A stretch of DNA of 64,000 nt from Scyliorhinus canicula (lineage: Eukaryota): the NCBI RefSeq assembly GCF_902713615.1, contig NW_024055478.1, forward strand, positions 678,363 through 742,362. The letters run 5' to 3'. Under the pieces are notes generated by a model. The model saw nothing but the letters and a program-made list of their open reading frames with translations. It searched no databases and was not told the origin of the DNA. Below are positions 1 to 8,799 of the stretch, in pieces (positions within the stretch are counted from its first letter, which is position 1; every line of letters begins with the position of its first letter). The translations under genes and the position numbers were made by a program.

Positions 1-345
1 TCCATAATAACCGACCTACTATTATATTCCATGCCTCAGCTAATGAAGGCAGGTATCCCGTATGTCTTCTTAATCACTCTACTTGTCCTGTTACCTTTGG
101 GGATCTATGGACATAAACACCAATGTTGCCCTTGCCTCTGTACGTCGTAGCGTCCTGCCGTTCATTTTGTATTTTCTTGCACTGTTGATCCTCCGAAAAT
201 GCATCACCTTTTCAGGGTTAAATTGCATTTGCCACTGTTCTGCCCATCTGGCCAGTCTGTATATCTCAACCTGCAATCTGCACCTTTCCTCCTCTCTATT
301 TAGCACACCGCCGATTTTCATGTCACCAGCGAACGACAGTTGGAG
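1..345 (-). mobile_element. CR1-type LINE RT fragment (decayed)
   Basis: Minus-strand translation FAGDMKIGG...LARWAEQWQMQFNPEK resembles the CR1 RT C-terminal region (FADDTKIGG...W..KWQM.FN..KC) and the intact CR1 ORF2 in this window. Confidence 0.85.
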
Positions 346-732
346 ATAGCTCAGGGAACTGGAAAGCCAAAACGGTCTGGATTCCTGCTCCAGCTCTGGG
401 GTGGTTGCGACCTGCCTCCCAAAGGCCAAGCATGATGATTAGAAAAACACGTGAGACCAAAATCAGAGGTATCCTCAGTGATGTCATAATGGGCCTGGCT
501 CCCTGCAGTGTGTGGGTGGAACAATGAGCTGAACAGAGCCCAAGTTCCCGCTCTCCTCTCAATCTCTAACTCATTCCATTCCCATTCACTGAGAGATTCA
601 ATTAATATGTGTCTAATATAACTGGGTTCTTGCACATTAAGTACTGGACGACGCTCATCAAGCCAGTTTAACAGATTGATGGAATTTACACAGCCTCATA
701 ACGTTAGATAGAGGTTTACCTCCATCCTGTTT

Positions 733-845
733 ATGCTTCTGCTCCTTTGATGCTCTACATTTACGGTCGGACTATTTGACGGTCCAATGACACTGTCCCC
801 GGTGACAGTAGTTGTGTTTGAAGGGGCGTCAGTGAAGTTAGATTG
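733..845 (+). pseudogene. Possible TCR V leader+FR1 relic, truncated by CR1 sequence
   Basis: In-frame MLLLL*CSTFTVGLFDGPMTLSPVTVVVFEGASVKLD resembles FR1 of the V at 4738-5041 (VSQ...ITVLEGQSIKLDC). The sequence switches to CR1 where the first Cys is expected. Confidence 0.35.
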
Positions 846-1430
846 GAATATGTTACAATTATATAGAACGTTTGTTCGGCCATATTTCGAATACTGTGTC
901 CAATTCTGGTCACCGCACTACCAGAGGAACGTGGAGGCTTTGGAGAGAGTACAGGAAAAAGTTTACCAGGACGTTGCCTGGAATGGAGGGTATTAGCTAT
1001 GAGGAGAGGTTGAATACACTGGGATTGTTCTCCCTTGAGAGACGGATGCTGAGGGGCGATCTGATAGAAGTTTATAAAATTATTAGGGATATAAATGGGG
1101 TGAACAGTTAGAGGATTTTTCCCAGGGCGGAAATTTCAATTACAAGGGGGCACAAGTTCAAGGTGAGGGGCGGGGGGGGGGGGGGAGTGATTCAGTGGGG
1201 ATGTGCGGGGGAAATTTGTTTTACACAGAGGGTGGTGGTAGCCTGGAATGAACTGCCAAGTGAGGTGGTTGAGGCAGATACGTTAGCGACCTTTAAGGCT
1301 TATCTGGATAGGGACCTGAACAGACGGGGTATAGAAGGGTACAGGCGGTTGGTCTAGATCGGACATGTGGTCGGCGCAGGTTTGGAGGGCCGAAGGGCCT
1401 GTTACTGTGCTGTATTGTTCTTTGTTCTTT
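845..1430 (+). mobile_element. CR1 LINE 3' fragment
   Basis: LYRTFVRPYFEYCVQFWSPHY...LFSLERRMLRGDLIEVYKII, followed by the CR1 3' tail GGGCCGAAGGGCCTGTTACTGTGCTGTATTGTTCTTTG. Confidence 0.9.
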
Positions 1431-1593
1431 AATATACAACCCAGGTATAGCGAACATCCACTGATAAGGACATAAGCCGGCACAATCTCCAAACTGAATT
1501 ACTAATGATGTAGTAAGATTGTAAAAAGATGGATTCTGAAGACAATGCTTGACTGTTGCTCGTAATGTAAGCAAACTGACTGTGGAGGTCTCT

Positions 1594-2114
1594 TACTGTG
1601 CAGTGAAACGCAGCATAACATAAAAACCAAGAAACCACTCAAAACTCCTCTGCGAGTATTTGTGTCGTCTTCTTTAGCGCCTTGATCAGCCTGATTAATT
1701 TCATCCCAGGTCCACAGAGAACAAACATTGTCAGGTTTGTGTAACGAACAGTTCCGTTGTTTTATTTGCCCTTCTTCAAATCAACTGATCTGAGAAATCT
1801 TGCGACGCAGCTCAATGTGTCGGCCGATACCTCCTCAGTAAATATCTCGCAGCTTATCCGGAATACTGACCTGCCTACATAGGCAGAGAAAGCTTTTGCA
1901 CATGGAGTGATTATAACTGAACATTACTGACTGTTTTTCCAGGGCTTTCAACTCGGCCGGATCCCGGGAGACGTACTGTGCATCACTCGTCCCTGTAACA
2001 AAACGTAGAATGTGTCTCTATTGGAAGTTGATTTAACACAAGAAATAGATAACGACCTTTGAATAGTAACTCACCAAAGGGCAGAATGATTATTATCGTA
2101 AAGCACCATGGCAT
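1594..2114 (-). pseudogene. Degenerate TCR alpha/delta V pseudogene (leader + V exon)
   Basis: Leader exon 2114-2075 (MPWCFTIIIILPF-G, donor GTGAGT); acceptor TTACAG; V exon from 1992 reads GTSDAQYVSRDPAELKALEKQSVMFSY..., then after a frameshift QYSG*AARYLLRRY...DFSDQL...ANKTTELFVTQ. Heptamer-like CACAGTA at 1600-1594. First Cys lost, stops, and an insertion of roughly 90 bp. Confidence 0.7.
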
Positions 2115-2310
2115 CCGTGCTCTCTGGCTAATACTTCTGCAGGCAAAAACAGCATTTAAATGGATTCTGGCCCTTCTTTTCTTATATGAAAATGTAAACG
2201 CAAATTATGAACAGGCCTCACTCATTGCGGCATATCCAGGGAAGAGTGTTACTAAAATCCCTGCTCTCTGATAACTGCACAGGCTACATACTTTCTGAAT
2301 CACCACGGCA

Positions 2311-2349
2311 GGTTTTTGTACGGCGCTGAATGGTCTTCCGTTCACTGTG
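2311..2349 (-). other. Consensus 23-RSS
   Basis: CACAGTG (2349-2343), 23-bp spacer, ACAAAAACC (2319-2311): exact consensus. Confidence 0.97.
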
Positions 2350-2621
2350 CCTCACTGCGCAGAGATAGGTGGCGGTATCTGTCACGCGAGCGTCACTAAC
2401 ATTAAGAACACCGTGTTTCTCTGTAAAACTGAACCGAGATGTTATCCTGCCCTGATCGCTGGTACCGCTCGCCAGGTGCAGCGTGGTGCCATCCGGGGAT
2501 TGTCTGTACCATTGTGGGATCTGTGCTGCTACTGTGATGGAACAGTCCAAGGATGCAACATCTCCCTCGGTAATCACCATTGACTCGGGGGACTGTGATA
2601 CCTCTTCGCTGCCAGCGACAT
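2350..2621 (-). CDS. TCR alpha/delta-type V segment, V exon (intact)
   Basis: Acceptor TTTCTCAG; reads VAGSEEVSQSPESMVITEGDVASLDC-SITVAAQIPQ-WYRQ...DARVTDTATYLCAVR with both V-domain Cys and the Trp, no stops, then a perfect RSS. Confidence 0.9.
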
Positions 2622-2808
2622 CTGAGAAACATGCACATGTACAATAATTGTGATTAATTTAATATCACACAGACCGCGAGAATATGATATAGCACAATCA
2701 AATACAACATGGCATAACAATATATACAATAAAACAAACTGTATGTTACGACAACGTGACATATCTGATGTGTGAAATATTCCTGACAGACATCGTGATC
2801 ACACTCAC

Positions 2809-2866
2809 ACGGAGAGAAGAGTAAGAAATTCAGGGAGATAATCACTAAAGTGAAGCTCAGCTTCAT
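2809..2866 (-). CDS. Leader exon of V at 2350-2621
   Basis: MKLSFTLVIISLNFLLFSP plus a phase-1 GTGAGT donor; splices in frame (T|AT = Tyr). Confidence 0.9.
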
Positions 2867-3067
2867 GTTGGATCCTATCGATCTATGTTAAGTAGCTCTC
2901 GGTAGTTTTCAGGACCAGAGACAATACTGCGAAGGCAGCGCTGTTGTATATCAAACTGAGTCTAACACCAACTGCACCGTGCCCGCCCGAGCCGGGTCTC
3001 TGGGGCTTGTGATCACAAAGTGAAGCTGTGAGGGAGCTTCAGCATTGGGTGGGGTGTGGGTCGGAGA

Positions 3068-3170
3068 ATGCGCATGCGGCAGAGCATCGCCTCTGTGGGG
3101 TCAGACTGAGGACACGTGTGACGTCACCCTGCAGATTTAGTGACGTCAGTCTGTAAACTGAGTGACGTCA
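3068..3170. promoter_or_regulatory. Promoter-like cluster: NRF1-like site plus three CRE palindromes
   Basis: TGCGCATGCG at about 3069-3078; TGACGTCA at 3119-3126, 3141-3148 and 3163-3170, about 250-300 bp upstream of the V leader ATG at 2866. Confidence 0.6.
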
Positions 3171-3944
3171 GTGGTACTGGTTGAAGGGTCAGAAACATCT
3201 TTGCCGGAGCTGATCTGAACATCCAGCCCTGAGTTTCAGAAAATTAACAGCTGATCAGAAAGAGCAAGGACGGGTTACCCTGGAGACTGGTTTGATGATC
3301 GATCAGATTCTGCAGTTTATTTCTACTGCCGCTGCTGGAAACAGGTGGGTGACAGTTTGATTCGAGATTAATGTGGTTTCCACCCGGTGTGGGTTTGAGA
3401 GGCTGACATTGCCATTGCTCAATGTGGCCGCATCTGCCCGAGATTCTGTCGAAATCCCAACAGACTGAGCGTTAAGAAACAGTGCCAAGTACGGGAGTGG
3501 GACTGTTGTCCACCATAAACTCAGACTGAGTCCTGGTCCTGATCAACTCTTCAGAGCCACTTTCTCCACCCAGAGATACAGAGATAAGTTTGGCTGCCTG
3601 AGCGGTGCTGTTGCTGTTTTTTTTTTTGCCTCACTGCTTGTCTGCTGACATGAGTAACACAGCACAGGTGAAATCCAGGAACTCCCTCCCTAACACCACA
3701 TGGACTGCAGCAGTTTAAGAAGGCAGCAACAAAGGTGAAAGTAAAAATAGCAACTTCTTCTTTTGTCTCAACATCTGAGGACAGTAGACGAGAAACAACA
3801 TTTCCATCACTCAGATCAGAAATACATGTTCAAACAGGAATTAGTCATGTGTTTAAAATTCCGATTAAAACCATTATTTGCAAATGCGATTAAATGTGTT
3901 TGTTCCACAATTACTTTCCGAAATGCCCCGCCCGCACCAGCCCC

Positions 3945-4180
3945 ATACAACCCAGATACTGCGTGGCCGCAATGTCGCTATCTTATCTGTCAAAGTTGAA
4001 ATTCGAAGCAACAACTTCTATTCCGCACCACCAAGAAACGGTTGTCTTCCTCAGGATTTTCTCACTTCACTTTCTTGCGTCTCCAATTGTGGTTTAACAC
4101 CTCTTGTTGGGGAACTGTCTGTCAATGAATGAATGGGATACAGTCAGTGCCTTCGAAGAAGAATCGCTGCACAGATCCAG
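3945..4180 (-). pseudogene. Highly decayed V-domain-like relic
   Basis: Fragments LC...FIDRQFPNKR...NRFLVVRNRSCCFEFQL*QIR / DSDIAATQY occur in V-domain order across frameshifts; no RSS found. Confidence 0.3.
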
Positions 4181-4659
4181 ACGGGGTTAGGAATGGGTTT
4201 ACTGGTTATTGTAGGACGTAAACACAGGTTTGTGAATTGTGTCAGAAAACATTAAACAGACATTCGAAAGGAGAATGAACATGGGGGCGGGGGGGGGGGG
4301 GGGCTCAATTCTTGGGGTTTGTTATAAAGTAAGCAACCACTACTTTGTGAAATGTGCTCATTATCTACAAATTGTCTGTCAACCAATAAAATAAACCAAC
4401 CATATAGACACTGTGTACCGACTTTGATCAAACAGACATAGAAGGGGAGAACGAATATGGAAAAAGTTCACACAATAATTCAGACAGAAATAGAAAGATC
4501 ATAAAAAGGGTGAGTTAACAAACCGTAAATTAAGTTGTGAAATTCATTTTAGTAGAAACGCTTGTTCATATTTAGTGTTGTGTTTGTTGACACAATGGTT
4601 TGGCAATGACACTGTGAACCTCACAGGCTGAGTAGTTGTGTCTGTCTGTCAATGTGAGA

Positions 4660-4673
4660 GCGCCCTCTACGGA
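4660..4673 (-). promoter_or_regulatory. CTCF-like motif just 3' of an RSS
   Basis: Minus strand TCCGTAGAGGGCGC vs consensus CCASYAGRKGGCRS, 2 mismatches. Confidence 0.45.
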
Positions 4674-4698
4674 TAAATGACTGGAACTCCCAGTGTGA

Positions 4699-4737
4699 GT
4701 GTTTGGACGGGACCCGCTGTATCTCTGCAGCAGTGTG
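4699..4737 (-). other. Degenerate 23-RSS
   Basis: CACACTG (4737-4731), 23 bp, TCCAAACAC (4707-4699). Confidence 0.7.
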
Positions 4738-5172
4738 GGCTCCATGGCGCATAAATACACGGCACTGTCGGAGAGATCAACCACGACGATATTTAAAGGT
4801 ACCGTTTGGTTTTCTTTGTGCAAAGCAGCAGAAAACCTGGCTGGAAAATCCGGAGACTGATCTGAACTGCCCGAACTCTAGATTCTCATAACATTCCTCG
4901 GAGGATTCCCGGGATACTGAGTGTACCAGAATAGAGTTTCCAAAACAGCTATGGAATATCTACAGTCCAGTTTAATGCTCTGTCCTTCCAGAACCGTTAT
5001 CTCAGATCGATCCTGGGACACTGGGTCTTCACCATTTGTTCCTGGAACAAAACACAAAACGTATTCAATGTCTGGGAGTAAAGATAGCACACGGAGCACA
5101 CGGTGAACATTAGAACATCTTCTCACCGGGCAACATGACCATTATTATCAGTAACCAACATGGGGAACACAT
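4738..5172 (-). pseudogene. TCR alpha/delta V pseudogene with one in-frame stop
   Basis: Leader 5172-5127 (MCSPCWLLIIMVMLP-G|GTGAGA). V exon 5041-4738 reads GTNGEDPVSQ...LDCRYS...FWYTQYPG...MRI*SSGSSDQSPDFPARFSAALHKENQTVPLNI...SDSAVYLCAMEP. The TAG at 4880-4878 is the only coding lesion seen. Confidence 0.9.
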
Positions 5173-5329
5173 GGTGTCTGGATTAGAGTGCAACTGAAAT
5201 AAATCAGATTTTGAATATGTTCTGGTATTAAAGCGGAAATTCAGATGAATGAATGCTGCACTTGCTGGGAAAAGGAGGAGCGTTTCCGACAGACATGATT
5301 GGCTAAACTGTCGAAACTGATTACAGTTG

Positions 5330-5850
5330 GGCACCAATCAGCGTTCGTTCTGGAATAATGATATCTTCTAACTTCCTCTTTCTCCCAGACTTTCTCTGTC
5401 CCCCCACCTCTGTCTTTCTCCCCATCACACGAACCTGCCTCCCAACCATTGACTCCATTTACACCTCCCGCTGCCTGGGGAAAGTGGGCAGCATAATCAA
5501 AGACCCCTCCCACCCTGCTTACTCACTTTTCCAACTTCTTCCATCGGGCAGGAGATATTAAAGTCTGAGAACACGCACGACCAGACTCAAAAACAGTTTC
5601 TCCCCGCTGTTACTAGACTCCTAAATGACATTCTTATGGACTGACCTCATTAACACTTCACCATGTATGCTTCACCCGATGCCGGTGCTTATGTAGTTAC
5701 ATTGTGTAACTTGTGTTGCCCTATTATGTATTTTCCTTTCTTCCCTTTTCTTCCCATGTAATGAATGATCTGTTGAGCTGCTTGCAGAAAAATACTTTTC
5801 ACTGTACCTCGGTACACGTGACAATAAACAAATCCAACCCAATCCAATCC
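5330..5850 (+). mobile_element. Rex1/Babar-type LINE 3' fragment
   Basis: SIYTSRCLGKVGSIIKDPSHPAYSLFQLLPSGRRY-type C-terminus, then a 3' UTR ending in (ATCCA)n. Confidence 0.7.
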
Positions 5851-6372
5851 AAGGTCTGCTCGCTCTGTCGCTCGGTCTTTATGTCTGTTTCCCCTTTCTC
5901 TGTTTTTGACCCTCACTCTCACACCTTCTCCGCGTGTTTCTCTTTCTCTCGTTTCCCTGAAGTTCAGACTACAGAATATCCAATTCGTCCAACTTTGCAC
6001 GGAAATCACCAAAATGTTCAATTAATAGGAGCAGCTACAACAGGTAAAATATAATATCCACAGCTGATGGGTAGGATTAAAATGGAAACACTTACATGTA
6101 GATCAGAACATTGATATTTGTGTGAGTCAGGCTTCATAGTGACATCTTTTTACGTGTTGGTATTTTCGTGCCGGGATCTCATCGTGACCTTTGTGGTTCC
6201 ATATTGTTTAAAACTAGTTTGTTAAACCAATGTGCCTGATATATTACACTAAACAATGGGAATCGCCAGGATTTAAAATACAGTTTGAATTATCTCCGTG
6301 TATAAGTTTATCTTCATTGAAATAAATCGGAATAATAGCAATATAAACCAAAAGTAATGCCACATCACCACG

Positions 6373-6715
6373 CAACTGGCAGTACGGTAGCACAAGTGGA
6401 TAGCACTGTGGCTTCACAGCGCCAGGAACACAGGTTTGATTCCCCGCTGTGTCACTGTCTCTGCGGAGTCTGTACCTTCTTTCCGTGTGTACGTGGGTTT
6501 CCGCCAGGTTATCCGGTTTCCTCCCACAGTCCAAAGACGTGCAGGTTAGCTGGATTGGCCATGATAAATTGCCCTTAGTGACCAAAAAAGGTTAGGAGGG
6601 GATATTGGGTTACGGGGATAGAGTGGAAGTGAGGGCTTAAGTTGGTTAAGTGGGTCGGTGCAGACTCGATGGGCCGAATGGCCTCCTTCTGCATTGTATG
6701 TCTGTGTTCTATGCA
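6373..6715 (+). mobile_element. tRNA-derived SINE with CR1-type tail (HE1-like)
   Basis: tRNA-like head GGCAGTACGGTAGCAC...GTTTGATTCCC, core GGGTTTCC...CCCACAGTCCAAAGA, tail GGGCCGAATGGCCTCCTTCTG. Confidence 0.85.
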
Positions 6716-7303
6716 GTAACATCTATCAATAATTTGAGAATTCGATGATTTTCCAGGAAAGGTCCACATACCTCAGATGGCCACCAGATGGAGCTCGCCT
6801 ACGGTGTTTTTCTGTTTAGTCCACTGGGTACATGATTGGCATTATGGTGGTTGTGATACTGCTCTAGTAATCCAGGGCGTCAAATGGCTCTTCGAAATGA
6901 CCCTTTCCTTATTGTACTTCTCAAAGATTTACCTGAATATTTCCCATTCTATCTCCCTCTGACTGAGGGTCAATAATGCACTCACAGTGTATCACATCCC
7001 CTGTGTTGGCTCTAAACTCAATCGTTTTGCCGTCAATTGATCATCTTCCAAGATATCATTCCTTTTCATGTCTGTATTTGATGATCAAACCAATAAAGTT
7101 ACCCTACCCTTGTCTATCTCTGTCTGAAAACCCTGTCAGGAGGAATGTTGAGCCGCCATTCGTGTCCCCCATTAACCTTTTCTATATTAACTATTATTTC
7201 AAACTAATAGGTTCCTATTGCGGCTCTCAGCTGGACTGTTTTGTTTGCTGTGCTCGTGAGAGTGAATTACATACCATGACCAATGCCGAAACCTTCGGTT
7301 ACA

Positions 7304-7605
7304 GGGCGACACGGTCTTCTTTCTTCGCAGCGCCAGGGCCCAGGCTCGATTCCCATATCAGTCACTCTCAGTGTGGAGTCTGCACGTTCTCCCCGTGACT
7401 GCGTGGGTTTCCTCCGGATGATCTGGTTTCCTCCCAGAAATCCGAAAGACGTGCTTGTTCGACAAATTGGACATTCTGAATACTGCGTCAGTGTACCCAA
7501 ACAGGCGCCGTAGTGTGGTGTCTCGGAGCTTTTCACAGTACCTTCATTGGAGCGTTCATATAAACCTACTTGTGACAATAATAAAGGTTATTATGATTTT
7601 ATTTT
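7304..7605 (+). mobile_element. tRNA-derived SINE (second tail type)
   Basis: Same head and core; tail ...TTTTCACAGTACCTTCATTG...GTGACAATAA, shared with copies at 24330, 25800 and 35405. Confidence 0.8.
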
Positions 7606-7879
7606 CTATCGTTGGGATTATTTTGATGATCAGACTGATCCAATGATTTTTTTTCCTTCCATGACTATTTTCGATTGTTCCGCATCTGAATGTACCCTCC
7701 AGTTCCCACCCTCCTGCAAATCAGTTGATCCCTTCCCAGCAGCCCTCGCCAAACTCCCAACTGGAAGCCTACTTTCCCGCCGCCTCTGAGTCAGTTGCGC
7801 CAGTCGGACAGTACATTGTCAGGAATGTTGATGGAGGAGTCTGCAAAATGAGTGTGTGATTCAGTGAAAATTGTTACTG

Positions 7880-8048
7880 AAATTAAAATGAAAATTGCTT
7901 ATTATCACGAGTAGGCTTCAATGAAGTTACTGTGAAAAGCCCCTAGTCGCCACATTTCGGTGCCTGTCCGGGAATCAAACCGTGCTGCTGGCCTGCTTAA
8001 TCTGCTTTAAAAGCCAGCGATTTAGCTCAGTGAGCTAAACCAGCCCCT
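7880..8048 (-). mobile_element. Short tRNA-derived SINE
   Basis: Minus strand GGGGCTGGTTTAGCTCACTGAGCTAAATCGCTGG... head joined to the GTGGCGACTAGGGGCTTTTCACAG tail. Confidence 0.75.
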
Positions 8049-8335
8049 GGGTCAATGGGTCAATAGTTTGGGTCAATGGGGAGATTGTGACCTAATGGTA
8101 TTATCACTGGGTAAGTAAATCAGAAATCCCGTTAGAATCTCACCAGGGCGGGTGCTGGAATTTAAATTAATCAAGATGGTTGTTGTGAAAACCAGTTCTA
8201 TGTGAGACTGCAGTTCCACAGCAATGTGATTGCCTCTTTTTTTGACAAATATTTCATTGGCATTTTTAACATTTATTAACAAGATTTATACTCAACATGA
8301 GACAGAGCCATTGGCAAAAACACAAAAGAAGTAAC

Positions 8336-8683
8336 CATAGAACATAGAACAGCATAGCACAGAACAGGCCCTTCGGCCCTCAATGTTGTGCCGAGCCATG
8401 ATCATCCTACTCAAACCCACGTATCCACCCTATACCCATAACCCAACAACCCCCCCCCCTTAACCTTACTTTTATTAGGACACTACGGGCAATTTAGCAT
8501 CGCCAATCCATCTAACCCGCACATCTTTGGACTGTGGGAGGAAACCGGAGCACCCGGAGGAAACCCACGCGCACAGGGGGAGGACGTGCAGACTCCACAC
8601 AGACAGTGACCCAGCCGGGAATCGAACCTGGGACCCTGGAGCTGTGAAAAATTTATGCTAACCACCATGCTACCCTGCTGCCG
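8336..8683 (-). mobile_element. Young HE1-like SINE
   Basis: Near-identical to copies at 22045, 39763 and 58643; (TTCTATG)n tail. Confidence 0.9.
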
Positions 8684-8799
8684 CCATGCAACAGAAAAAT
8701 CGTAAACATCTGTACAACAGGTTGTCACTTTCTCTGTGACCAAGGTTCCTGTGCTCACGCTCCCTTATTTACATTTCTATTTACATTCAATGCCAGAAC

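Noticed and set aside
3121-3344. V-set-like reading on + (PC-x13-WY...GRVTL...DSAVYF) overlapping the CRE cluster
   Set aside because: It needs several stops and a frameshift and has no RSS; the promoter reading explains the motifs more simply. It remains testable by HMM.
6777-7021. CACAGTG at 6983 after an SKIYLNISH peptide (possible V 3' end)
   Set aside because: No YYC, a poor nonamer, and the upstream part resembles an old SINE remnant.
8483-8758. Recurring ORFs MVVSINASQLQGPRFDSRLGHCLCGVCTSS... (also 22170, 39892, 58659)
   Set aside because: Incidental reading frames of the same SINE.
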